DNA of 52,304 nucleotides from a virus (Duplodnaviria; Caudoviricetes): IMG/VR virus record IMGVR_UViG_3300020197_000033, positions 1 to 52,304 of that record; one strand, 5' to 3'. Shown piece by piece: positions 9,467 to 18,741 of this stretch (position 1 is its first letter; each line of letters starts with the position of its first letter). The notes under the pieces were generated by a model. It saw only the letters and a program-made list of their open reading frames with translations, ran no database searches and was not told where the DNA came from. The position numbers and the translations under genes were made by a program.

Positions 9467-9704
9467 TGACCTGCTCAAAGAAAAGTTTTTGTGTCAATCT
9501 AGATTTAGTCAAGACATAGAAAACCTTGTCTTGAATTCTGATTTAAATTATATCGAAGCAATAATTACTTATTGCGAAGAAAATAATATTGAATTAGACT
9601 CAGTATCCAAATTGATTTCAAAACCATTGAAAGAAAAAATCAAATATGAAGCACAACAACTGAATTATCTTAAGAAAACCACTCGTGCTAAATTGCCATT
9701 GTGA
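9450..9704 (+). CDS. g33: Late promoter transcription co-activator gp33
   Basis: YIEAIITYCEEN...KLISKPLKEKIKYEAQQLNYLK; synteny with g59 and g32. Confidence 0.9.
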   Translation: MEKDFNDLLKEKFLCQSRFSQDIENLVLNSDLNYIEAIITYCEENNIELDSVSKLISKPLKEKIKYEAQQLNYLKKTTRAKLPL

Positions 9705-10288
9705 AACCCATTGAAGTATATCAAACGTACTTAGCATTTAAGAATCACTTTACTAAAGAAAATTACGATTTTTTCAAATATTGTGGCAAAGTCAAAACCT
9801 CACAGGATGCCTTCAATAAGAGAAAAGATCGTTATTTTTTTGAAAGATTATCTCGTAAAAAAACAGATGACGAAATAATAAAGTTTTTTATTGCTAGTTT
9901 CAGTCAGTCTGAAGATCCACAATCAGTTTGGATTGGGGAAATTATAGATTCTGGCGAAAAGAGATATCTTGAGTGGACAAGAAAAATACAGAGTCTGTCT
10001 TATATCTTTAAACAAGAATCAGAAGATATGTTGTCTGAAAGCAACTTGAATGGGGTTCTTGATGCTTCAAAGCAACATCCAGTCATTCTAAAAAAGTTCC
10101 TGAGCGGTAAAATTAGCATAGAAACCCTTACCATTTGGGATAAAATATTCCTGTTCGGGAATGAGTTTGATAGGAAACTTTTAGACCCAGTGTGGGAAAC
10201 CGTCAGTTTCAAATTAAAGAAATACAAACCGTTCCTAAATATTGATACCAAGAAATACAAACAAATTTTAAGGGAAGTTGTGTCATGA
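9701..10288 (+). CDS. g59: Helicase loader gp59
   Basis: YLAFKNHFT..YDFFKY, KRKDRYFFERL. Confidence 0.92.
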   Translation: MKPIEVYQTYLAFKNHFTKENYDFFKYCGKVKTSQDAFNKRKDRYFFERLSRKKTDDEIIKFFIASFSQSEDPQSVWIGEIIDSGEKRYLEWTRKIQSLSYIFKQESEDMLSESNLNGVLDASKQHPVILKKFLSGKISIETLTIWDKIFLFGNEFDRKLLDPVWETVSFKLKKYKPFLNIDTKKYKQILREVVS

Positions 10289-10623
10289 GTTCTGAGTTTT
10301 TCAATTCTCCCATAGTCAGGGCTTCTGCGGTAGAAATTAATGAATTGCAGGAAGAAATGATGAAATTGATGATGAATCCGCCATGGGGCCAAACTTCTGA
10401 TGACAAGAGGAAAATTGCTAGTCTGATGACTAATCTTCTGGAAAAACAAAAAGTCTTTTGGTTTAGATTAAAATATTCTGATGATCCAGAGGCAAAAAAG
10501 ATGAAAGAAGATATCTTGGAATCTGCTCGTTTTCTTGGATTAAAACCTAGCCAAACTATTGAATCATTTTTTGATGAACTCTCTACCATTGTAGAAAAAC
10601 TTGAAAATACAATTGACAATTAA
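10285..10623 (+). CDS. DUF1825-like hypothetical protein
   Basis: FFNSPIV...LLEKQKVFWFRLKYSDDPEA. Confidence 0.75.
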   Translation: MSSEFFNSPIVRASAVEINELQEEMMKLMMNPPWGQTSDDKRKIASLMTNLLEKQKVFWFRLKYSDDPEAKKMKEDILESARFLGLKPSQTIESFFDELSTIVEKLENTIDN

Positions 10624-10641
10624 CGTCTGGAAAGGTAGAAT
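10613..10641 (+). promoter_or_regulatory. Sigma70-type promoter for g32
   Basis: TTGACA-N17-TAGAAT. Confidence 0.75.
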
Positions 10642-10685
10642 TAATACATCCCACACACCAAATATAACAAATACGGAGAATACAA

Positions 10686-11600
10686 ATGTCTTTTGCTGAT
10701 CTTAAAAAACAATCTCGTTCTGGTTCTCTAACCGAGAAGTTAATGAAGAAGGTAGAGAAACTGAATGAAAAAGGAGGGGGTTCTGGTGATGATAGGTTTT
10801 GGAAACCTTCTGTAGATAAAGCCGGAAATGGATACGCTGTAGTCCGATTTCTTCCTGCACACCCCAATTGCGAACTTCCTTGGGCTCAAGTCTGGAGTCA
10901 TGCATTTCAGGGCCCTGGCGGATGGTACATCGAAAACTCTTTGACCACCCTTGGAAAAGACGATCCAGTTTCTGAATACAACCGCACATTGTGGAACAGC
11001 GGAAACGATGCAGATAAAGAGATTGCTCGTAAACAAAAACGAAAACTGTCTTATTATACTAACGTCTATGTGGTGAGTGATAAGACTAATCCAGAAAATG
11101 AGGGTAGAGTTTTCCTTTATAAGTTTGGAAAAAAAATCTTCGACAAAATCAGTGCTGCAATGCAACCTGAGTTTGAAGACGAAAAACCTATTAATCCCTT
11201 TGATTTTTGGCAAGGCGCCAACTTCAAATTGAAGATTAAGAATGTTGCTGGTTATTGGAACTATGATAGTTCTGAGTTTGGCCGTCCAGAACCTCTTTTG
11301 GATGATGATGATAAAATGGAGTCAATCTATAATAAAATCTATGATTTGAATGAATTTACTGCTTCTGATCAGTTTAAAAACTATGATGATCTAAAGAAGC
11401 GTCTCGATTCTGTTCTGGGTAATAAACAACAACTTCGTCGTCCTGATCCAGAAGTGGAAGATGAAGATGATCAAGGTCCTGTGAAGGAACTTGATGAGGA
11501 TCTTCGTTCTCAACTTAATAGTCTCAGTTCATCCTCAACTTCTACTGATGAGGATGAAGACGATGCTCTAAGTTACTTCCAACGACTTGCTGAAGAGTGA
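10686..11600 (+). CDS. g32: Single-stranded DNA-binding protein gp32
   Basis: DDRFWKP, GYAVVRFLPA, WYIENSLTT, NYDSSEF, acidic tail. Confidence 0.97.
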   Translation: MSFADLKKQSRSGSLTEKLMKKVEKLNEKGGGSGDDRFWKPSVDKAGNGYAVVRFLPAHPNCELPWAQVWSHAFQGPGGWYIENSLTTLGKDDPVSEYNRTLWNSGNDADKEIARKQKRKLSYYTNVYVVSDKTNPENEGRVFLYKFGKKIFDKISAAMQPEFEDEKPINPFDFWQGANFKLKIKNVAGYWNYDSSEFGRPEPLLDDDDKMESIYNKIYDLNEFTASDQFKNYDDLKKRLDSVLGNKQQLRRPDPEVEDEDDQGPVKELDEDLRSQLNSLSSSSTSTDEDEDDALSYFQRLAEE

Positions 11601-11605
11601 TTATC

Positions 11606-11629
11606 TGGGGGGACACATGTCCCCCTTTT
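11606..11629. terminator. Hairpin between convergent g32 and g53
   Basis: GGGGGACA-CA-TGTCCCCC followed by TTTT. Confidence 0.75.
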
Positions 11630-12392
11630 AAATGCCTGTTAATCGAGGATTGTATCCTTGTTTTGAGTTCGGATTAATATATTGGGAAGATTCTGTATAT
11701 GACATAATATCTCGCAAATTATCCACAACGACTGAAACATACTCAGTTTTTAAAACTAAAATATTTCTCTTTGCGTCATTTATTCTTACTTCATATTCAT
11801 AATTTGATACAGCAACAACAGAGTTACCAATTAGTTGTTGTCCCGTCGCATTTTTTACAGTTCCATTTTGTTCCACTGTTACATCTGTAGTTCGTTTAAT
11901 TGGTAAATTACTAGAAAATTTCTTTTCGGATGTTATATTATTGGTATCTAATGCAGAAATATTGTAATCTGAGTCTACGATTAATCCATCAGGAACGATA
12001 ACTCTTCTAAAGCCATCTGTAAATATGGATGTTTCATAGTGATGTATTTTTTGTAAATTTTCATCTGAACCATATTTGTCCTGTAGATATTTTTTAAATG
12101 TTGAGTCATCCATCGGCCATTCATCTTGAACATTGATAATATTATTTGTCAACAATATGATCCAATCATAAGCCGAGTTTCCATATAATTGTTTTGCAAC
12201 TTGTTCTGGTCTAATATTTCCTGGAATATTGTATAGTTCAAAAGAAGTTGCTATCCTACCGACATCTTCACGTAATTTCCCTCTCCTAAAAAAGTTTATA
12301 ACTTCTATGAATTCATCATTGGTATTTCTATCTGCAGTTCTAGAAACATAATTAATTCTGGGAAAAAAACTAAAGTAACCTTTTCTATTCAT
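11628..12392 (-). CDS. g53: Baseplate wedge protein gp53
   Basis: RPEQVAKQLYG..YDWIILLTNNI, IHHYET, YEYEVRIND. Confidence 0.9.
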   Translation of the reverse strand: MNRKGYFSFFPRINYVSRTADRNTNDEFIEVINFFRRGKLREDVGRIATSFELYNIPGNIRPEQVAKQLYGNSAYDWIILLTNNIINVQDEWPMDDSTFKKYLQDKYGSDENLQKIHHYETSIFTDGFRRVIVPDGLIVDSDYNISALDTNNITSEKKFSSNLPIKRTTDVTVEQNGTVKNATGQQLIGNSVVAVSNYEYEVRINDAKRNILVLKTEYVSVVVDNLRDIMSYTESSQYINPNSKQGYNPRLTGI

Positions 12393-12393
12393 T

Positions 12394-14007
12394 TTAGTAA
12401 CCTATAGTATCTTGGTCGTTGATATTGATTCCACCAAGAGTTGATGCACGACGACCACCATCATCAAAACCTGGGGCTGACCCAGTGTTGTAATCTGTAT
12501 TGTAAATTGGTTCTAATTCAGAAAAATCAAGTGACATTCTATACGACATTGGATTTCCATCTACATCAGCCATCCAATGATTGTTAGGAGCATAATCAGT
12601 TTCAAATCTAGTTAATGCACATGGTTTAAATAGGTGCATTCCTCGTATCCCCCTATTTTCTGCAGTTGTATATTTTAATTCCCAAATATTTGGAGTACCT
12701 AAGAAAAAAGACGTTCCACCAAAAGCATCCGCACCGCCATCAGCTGTAAGTTTTTTAGCAGCAGAAAATTCTTTAAATCTTCTTATTATTTTTCTACATA
12801 TCACAGCTTCCGTAATAGATCTTGGAGTTAATTGATATGTAAACGAAAAGGTTCTCATGGCTGGACCTTTAAATAACAATTCTTGGTTTGAATTTGCGAT
12901 TACTCCAGCACCTCTCGCTAAGAGTGTTTCTGGAGAAACATCATATCCTAATTTTCCCAATACGCCTGATAAAACTGCTGCTGAAACTCCAGCTTTACCT
13001 GCTCCACTCGATGCTTGACCTAGTAATCTTAATTGAGTGATAATAGCAGCCAAATTTTGCCCAGCGTTCTGAACACCAAGAAGATTTCCACCAAGATTTC
13101 CACCATATATACCCATCAAATACTGCATCATTTCACTACTTACCATTCCAGAAGCCGCCATGCTTATATTATTCATCGTATCCACATCCCAAGCTGCCGT
13201 AGCTGAATCTCTGATTGACTGAGGCATTGGTAAAAATATTGGTCCGCCTACAGGTTCTTTGAGTGGAGATCCTCTTTGTGCTCCTGTTGCCAACACACCA
13301 CTACCCCTATCATTCGATGCTGTCAATAAAGCAGCTTGATATGGTGGTTGATATGTGTAACACTGGATGACTAAACGATCCATTCCATTACCGCTTGAAT
13401 TTTCTGGATATATTAATGGTGTTGCCGATGCTGCTGTTTCATTTGCGGTTGCAAAATTTACTGCCAAACCAGTTATAGTTCCTAATGGATTAGTTACAGC
13501 ACCCGCTAAATTTGAAAGAGTGCTTAAATTAGTTAATCCCCCTCCTCCTGGAGGTGCTGCTGGCGGCGCAGCTGGCGTTCCCATTCCCGTTCCTGTTCCC
13601 GTTCCTGTTCCCGTTCCTGTTGCCGCAGGGGCCCCAGCGGTTGGATTGTTTAGTGTCTGTGTTACCCACGAGGGTACTGTACCAGTTGTCCTGGTGCTAC
13701 CACCTCCCCTCTTGTTTTTGGTGACAGTCGCAGCCTGATTAACCGCTGCAGCAATTTGCTGTTTATATGTATCTTGTAGTGCAGTATTAAATTGTGGATC
13801 GCTTATTCTTGATGTGTTCCAGTTTCCAGATGCTGGTCCAAAAATAACATTTGGATTTGAGTTTTGGGTTGGTTGCCCATTTACGGTAGCTTCAATTGCT
13901 CTTACCTCTTGGGTACTGCGATCCCACTGCAACTGATATGTTACTGTGCTTCCATCAGGTCTTCTTTCAACAATTGGGGTTTGTAAGTTGATATTTTGAA
14001 AAGCCAC
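12394..14007 (-). CDS. g48: Baseplate tail-tube cap gp48 with N-terminal extension
   Basis: IFLPMP, NSNQELLFKGPAMRTFSFTYQLTPRS, LDFSELEPI. Confidence 0.85.
   Translation of the reverse strand: MAFQNINLQTPIVERRPDGSTVTYQLQWDRSTQEVRAIEATVNGQPTQNSNPNVIFGPASGNWNTSRISDPQFNTALQDTYKQQIAAAVNQAATVTKNKRGGGSTRTTGTVPSWVTQTLNNPTAGAPAATGTGTGTGTGTGMGTPAAPPAAPPGGGGLTNLSTLSNLAGAVTNPLGTITGLAVNFATANETAASATPLIYPENSSGNGMDRLVIQCYTYQPPYQAALLTASNDRGSGVLATGAQRGSPLKEPVGGPIFLPMPQSIRDSATAAWDVDTMNNISMAASGMVSSEMMQYLMGIYGGNLGGNLLGVQNAGQNLAAIITQLRLLGQASSGAGKAGVSAAVLSGVLGKLGYDVSPETLLARGAGVIANSNQELLFKGPAMRTFSFTYQLTPRSITEAVICRKIIRRFKEFSAAKKLTADGGADAFGGTSFFLGTPNIWELKYTTAENRGIRGMHLFKPCALTRFETDYAPNNHWMADVDGNPMSYRMSLDFSELEPIYNTDYNTGSAPGFDDGGRRASTLGGININDQDTIGY
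13584..13621. repeat. Short tandem repeat encoding a Gly-Thr linker
   Basis: CCCGTTCCTGTT x3 within g48. Confidence 0.8.
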
Positions 14008-14501
14008 TATGTTCTCCAGTTCCAGGCTTTGTGTTTTGGATACTTCATTCCATTTCTACCAATAAATTTTTCTGTAGGTAATAATGAAATACTCGACCAA
14101 TCTTCACTTTTAGGAACTTTGTATAAACTTCCCACTCCAGAATACAAATAATAATGAAGGGAATTTTTAGGTACTATAGACCCTCTTCCTTTATTTATTA
14201 GACTTTTGGCAACCGCGTCTCTATGGTCTGGATTTATGTAATGTAGATTTGATCCTATAAATCCATTTTTCCGAAAATCCAGTACGAAAGCTAATGGTTG
14301 AAGATCCCAAAATTCATATTTATCGGGAAAAGACGCTCCATATTGAAAAAATACTAAATCTCCAACGGCAACTCCTCCAGTATCACTTTCGTTAATATCT
14401 GGGTCTTGTAGACTGGATAATTTTTCTTGAAGAACTGAAATATACCAATCTCCACTTCGATTCTTTTTTCCAGCTTCTTTTTTTATCTCTTCTGCAATCA
14501 T
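14007..14501 (-). CDS. g2: DNA end protector gp2-like
   Basis: FFQYGA...WDLQPL...FIGSNLHY; position between g48 and g4. Confidence 0.75.
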   Translation of the reverse strand: MIAEEIKKEAGKKNRSGDWYISVLQEKLSSLQDPDINESDTGGVAVGDLVFFQYGASFPDKYEFWDLQPLAFVLDFRKNGFIGSNLHYINPDHRDAVAKSLINKGRGSIVPKNSLHYYLYSGVGSLYKVPKSEDWSSISLLPTEKFIGRNGMKYPKHKAWNWRT

Positions 14502-14503
14502 AA

Positions 14504-14941
14504 TTATATGCCTAAATCCTTTTCGGTCATAATTTTGAATTCATAATTTCTATCGGAACAATATTCTTTTGCTGCTTTCCATTTTGCTTGATTGACCGCC
14601 CATAAAGCAATACTGTTTACCCATGCTTTTGTTTTTTTCTTGGGATTTTTATTGGGCATGTCTACTTCTTTTTGTGGTTTTATTTCAATAATCATCACTC
14701 TTTTATTGCCTTGATTATCTACGTATTTGATAAAAAAGTCGGGAAAGTATCTATGCCACTTATTATCAACAGGAGATTTATATGGTATAAAAAATTCTTC
14801 TGATTGCCACTGATATACGCTTTCGTTTAAATCACAATATCTCATAAATTTTCTCTCCCAGAGAGAACGATAAATTATATTTGTGGGGTCTCCTTTATAT
14901 TTTTGTGGATACTCTGGTTTATATTTTCCCTTGTAGGACAT
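14504..14941 (-). CDS. g4: Head completion nuclease gp4
   Basis: YKGDPTNIIYRSLWERKFM, RYFPDF, IEIKP, NQAKWKAA. Confidence 0.95.
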   Translation of the reverse strand: MSYKGKYKPEYPQKYKGDPTNIIYRSLWERKFMRYCDLNESVYQWQSEEFFIPYKSPVDNKWHRYFPDFFIKYVDNQGNKRVMIIEIKPQKEVDMPNKNPKKKTKAWVNSIALWAVNQAKWKAAKEYCSDRNYEFKIMTEKDLGI

Positions 14942-14982
14942 CTAAATATCTAATAATTAAAGCTTTCATAAAGAGTATTTAG
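14942..14982. promoter_or_regulatory. Divergent pair of T4-type late promoters
   Basis: CTAAATA on + (14942-14948) and on - (14976-14982) in the 41-bp gap between divergent genes. Confidence 0.7.
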
Positions 14983-16050
14983 ATGTTATCTCCAAGGGAA
15001 AGAGCTCAGCAGCACGGTCGTCAAACACCACAATCTGGATCCGCAACCCGTACAAGTTCAAGTCCGCGCAGGCCATCACCCCCAACAGCCAGACCACCAA
15101 CTACTTTAGATTCCTTTCGGGCCAATGTTGACCCTGCAGGACGTTCTTATGATGAAGGAAGAGATTTTCAAACTTATTTGGGCAGCCCCGCTTTAAGTAA
15201 TTTTTATAAAGTAAGTTTAGGACTATCGGTTGATCGATCAAGGCACGAGACTTTATCGAGATGGTTAACTTCTGCTGGTGTTTATGGAGCTTCAGCTGAT
15301 GGGCGTAGATTTGAATTTCTATGTTGTGAAACTCTTATTCCAGGGACAGCTTTAGATGCATTTACTGAACTTGGAAGTTATCAAGGAATAGAAGAATTTT
15401 TTCCAGGAAGAAGAATTTATACTGATATAAGTCTATCATTTTATGTCTCGTCTGATTATTTAATTCTTAAATTCTTTCAAGAATGGATTAATTTTATTAA
15501 TCCAATATCAACACAAAGTGGAGTATTGAGAAGTCCAAATCCAAGTGGATATAATTCACTCTCTGCGAATAATTTTTACCACAGATATCGTTATCCAAAT
15601 CAATATAAAACTGATATTATGATTCATAAGTTTGAAAGAGATATGCAAAATAGCGTTAGTTATAAATTTCTAAATGCATTCCCAGTAAACATATCATCAT
15701 TGCCATTAAGTTATGATTCTGCTCAAATTTTAAAAATAATTGTAGATTTCAAATATGATCGATATATCATTACAAGTCATGATGATGTTGGATTGTCGGC
15801 AGCTCAACTCCCTGTTCCCAGGGCCGCCCAGGGTGGCGCTCAAGTAGCAGCTGCTACTGGCACTGGGGCCGGTTTCGGTGGTGCTGGAGGAGGCCTCTAT
15901 TACAACGTTGCTAATCTTCCTACCTCTTTTTCCCTAGGATTGCCTCCTATTGAGTTAGATGGCTCCGCCTTCACCGCTGTGGGGCAGGCTGCCTGGAACT
16001 CTGGGTTCTTCACGAACACACCGCCTGCAGCACCCCCTCAAGGGCCATAA
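14983..16050 (+). CDS. Tail tube / baseplate tube initiator (gp54/gp19-like)
   Basis: FLCCETLIPG, RRIYTDISLSFYV, FFQEWINFI, YKFLNAFPVNISSLPLSY, VDFKYD. Confidence 0.75.
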   Translation: MLSPRERAQQHGRQTPQSGSATRTSSSPRRPSPPTARPPTTLDSFRANVDPAGRSYDEGRDFQTYLGSPALSNFYKVSLGLSVDRSRHETLSRWLTSAGVYGASADGRRFEFLCCETLIPGTALDAFTELGSYQGIEEFFPGRRIYTDISLSFYVSSDYLILKFFQEWINFINPISTQSGVLRSPNPSGYNSLSANNFYHRYRYPNQYKTDIMIHKFERDMQNSVSYKFLNAFPVNISSLPLSYDSAQILKIIVDFKYDRYIITSHDDVGLSAAQLPVPRAAQGGAQVAAATGTGAGFGGAGGGLYYNVANLPTSFSLGLPPIELDGSAFTAVGQAAWNSGFFTNTPPAAPPQGP

Positions 16051-16074
16051 ATAAAATAAATATCATAACTTATT

Positions 16075-16800
16075 ATGACGTTACCAATTGTTGCGACTCC
16101 AACTTATGAACTTGAGTTGCCATCTACTGGAAAACCAGTAAAATATAGACCATTTTTAGTCAAAGAAGAAAAAGTTTTGTTGATTGCTTTAGAAAGCCAA
16201 GATTCAAAACAAATTACACTTGCAATTAAACAAGTACTTAAAGATTGTATCCTCACAAAAGGAATAAAGATAGAAACTCTGCCAACCTTTGATATTGAAT
16301 ATTTGTTTCTCAATATTCGTGGTAAATCTGTGGCGGAGAGTGTAGATTTAGTTATTACGTGTGGAGATGATGGAACTACAACAGTCCCAGTAACCGTTTT
16401 TATTGATGAAATTAAAGTTAATAAAAATCCAGATCATACTCCCGATATTCAAATAAATGATGATATTACTATTAGAATGAGATATCCATCACTAGATGAG
16501 TTTATTAAAAATAATTTTGTTTTTGAAAATACTACTGAAACTGATGTAGAGAGATCATTTGATATTGTCGCTAATTGTATTGAAAGTGTTTATACTAAAG
16601 ATGATGCATGGGCTTCCGCTGATTGTACAAAGAAAGAACTCATTTCTTGGATAGAAACTTTAACTTCTGACCAATTTAAGAAAATTGAAAAGTTTTTTGA
16701 AACTATGCCAAAATTAATGCATAGACTTAGCGTAATCAATCCAAATACTAGTAAAGAAAATGTTGTCGTTTTGGAGGGACTTTCCGATTTTTTCGCCTAA
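16075..16800 (+). CDS. g26: Baseplate hub subunit gp26
   Basis: PTYELELPSTG..VKYRPFLVKEEKVLL, FDIEYLFLNIRGKSV, LEGLSDFF. Confidence 0.93.
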   Translation: MTLPIVATPTYELELPSTGKPVKYRPFLVKEEKVLLIALESQDSKQITLAIKQVLKDCILTKGIKIETLPTFDIEYLFLNIRGKSVAESVDLVITCGDDGTTTVPVTVFIDEIKVNKNPDHTPDIQINDDITIRMRYPSLDEFIKNNFVFENTTETDVERSFDIVANCIESVYTKDDAWASADCTKKELISWIETLTSDQFKKIEKFFETMPKLMHRLSVINPNTSKENVVVLEGLSDFFA

Positions 16801-16802
16801 CT

Positions 16803-16988
16803 ATGTCTCATATGGATCTTGAGGCATATTTTAGAATTAATTTTGCTCTAATGCAGTTCCATAAATATAGTTTGACTGAGATTGAAAATCTGATGCCATG
16901 GGAACGTGACATTTATGTTGCGTTGTTAAAACAACATATAGAAGAAGAAAATCTCAAGGCTCAACAAAGAGCAGCTGCTAACAAATGA
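16803..16988 (+). CDS. g51: Baseplate hub assembly protein gp51
   Basis: NFALMQFHKYSLTEIENLMPWERDIY. Confidence 0.9.
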   Translation: MSHMDLEAYFRINFALMQFHKYSLTEIENLMPWERDIYVALLKQHIEEENLKAQQRAAANK

Positions 16989-18736
16989 AATTAACTTCCA
17001 TAAGACCAGGATTAATCGCTAGAAAAGGTACTAAAAAGTTAGGATCTGCTAAAAATTTTATTAGTAGTCCTAGTTTTTTTAGTAAAACTGGATCTGCATC
17101 TGTAAAATCTGGTATAGGTGGAATTGCACAGGGAAAAGTAACACCAGCCCCCAACGGAATCGCTGGATTAATTAGTAATATTTCTCAAACGATAACGGGT
17201 GGTGATACTAATAATATTAATATCAATAAGTTAATTGGAGATAAATTATCTCAACTGAAAGATAAGGTATCTGGCGGTATGCAGATGCCAAATCTTGATG
17301 GTCTGATGAATTCTTTTAGTGGAATTGCAGACTACATGAAGTCTTTTACAAATCCAGAATCTTTAAATGGAATAACTTCTGGATTTGAATCACTAACATC
17401 TAGTTTACAAAAGACTTTAGATTTAGTAACTACAGTAAGAAAGGTAATATCAAAACTTGTCAAAGAAATTAATTCTGCCGATTTAGGTGGCGGTGGCGCT
17501 GGCGGGAGTATCTTGCCACAGGCAGGCGCTGGACTTTTGGGTGCTGGTCTGGCCGGTGCTGCAGGAGCTGGTGCTGCTAAAAAAGGTTTGGGATTCGCAA
17601 AGTTTTTATCAAGTAAAAAGTCCCTTGCATTGATGGGACTGGGCGGCCTTGGTATGGCTGCAATGTCTTCTGGGGATGCAAATGCTGCAGAAGCTGCAGA
17701 TATAAGCACCCAATCAAGACTAATGGATGTTGGTCAAGAAGGAAATCTTACTGAGGATCAAATTGCATTATTTAATTCAACTGTAGAACGTTTTAACGAA
17801 TATCTTGAAGATGCTAAGAAGACCAAACCATCAGCTGGAGGATCAAAATCAGCACCAAAATCACCAAGAGCAAACCCGCCAGGCCCTGGTCCTGGTCCAG
17901 GGCCTGGTAGCGCCTTCATGGGAGCACAGGGCCCAGCAGGTGAAGCTACTAGATCATTGTTAGATACAATCGCATTTGCTGAGGGAACTGCTCATAAACC
18001 CAATGACGGATATAACACTCACTTTGGATTTGACCAAACTCAAGATCTAAGTAAACACCCAGATATAGTAAAACATTCTAATGGTATTTCAAGTGCTGCA
18101 TTTGGTCGTTATCAGTTCATGCCTGCCACTTGGGCAAACATAATGGGTGGCTCCATGGAGCCTGCCAGACAAGATACTGCTGCTGTCAGATTAATTATAC
18201 GAAGATTAAATAATGCCGGAATTAAAGTTAAAGATGAAAATGAATTGGAAACTCTTTTACAAAACGAAGGATTAAGCCAAAGAATTTCAGCAGCACTTGC
18301 TCCAGAATGGGCATCAGTCCCAACTGCAGCTGGAACAAGTTACCACGACCAACCCGTTAAAAAATTAGAATTACTTCAAAAAGTATTTGCAGAGAGATTA
18401 GTTAAACAAAAAGCTGCCGCTCGAGCGGCTGGAACTACTGTAAACCCACAGACAGGAACTAGTATATCTGCAAACCCAGCCACAGCAGCAGCAGTTGCTC
18501 AACAACCACCATCAGGTACAGGCACTTCAGGAACACCTGCCTCATCACCAGCACCTGGCGGCGTAACTGTATTAAACGCTGGCGGCGGGGCCGGCAAACA
18601 ACAACAACGCACCACCGCCACTACTCAAACAGGACAAAACCTTGGCAACACCATGGTCTGTCTTCCAGCTGTAGTGAATCCCATCTTGGCCGTGCAATGC
18701 ACTGCGGCTCTTTTAGGCATTGTTGGTAAACGGTGA
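16985..18736 (+). CDS. Virion protein with lambda-lysozyme-like (lytic transglycosylase) domain
   Basis: LLDTIAFAEGT, SAAFGRYQFMPATW, QDTAA, LAPEWASVP. Confidence 0.85.
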   Translation: MKLTSIRPGLIARKGTKKLGSAKNFISSPSFFSKTGSASVKSGIGGIAQGKVTPAPNGIAGLISNISQTITGGDTNNININKLIGDKLSQLKDKVSGGMQMPNLDGLMNSFSGIADYMKSFTNPESLNGITSGFESLTSSLQKTLDLVTTVRKVISKLVKEINSADLGGGGAGGSILPQAGAGLLGAGLAGAAGAGAAKKGLGFAKFLSSKKSLALMGLGGLGMAAMSSGDANAAEAADISTQSRLMDVGQEGNLTEDQIALFNSTVERFNEYLEDAKKTKPSAGGSKSAPKSPRANPPGPGPGPGPGSAFMGAQGPAGEATRSLLDTIAFAEGTAHKPNDGYNTHFGFDQTQDLSKHPDIVKHSNGISSAAFGRYQFMPATWANIMGGSMEPARQDTAAVRLIIRRLNNAGIKVKDENELETLLQNEGLSQRISAALAPEWASVPTAAGTSYHDQPVKKLELLQKVFAERLVKQKAAARAAGTTVNPQTGTSISANPATAAAVAQQPPSGTGTSGTPASSPAPGGVTVLNAGGGAGKQQQRTTATTQTGQNLGNTMVCLPAVVNPILAVQCTAALLGIVGKR

Positions 18737-18741
18737 AGTAA

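Noticed and set aside
7140-11600. Introns, inteins or homing endonucleases in thyX, phoH or g32
   Set aside because: All are uninterrupted and of normal length
13367-13738. 123-aa + strand ORF with PVPVPV repeat
   Set aside because: Antisense of the Gly-Thr linker of g48
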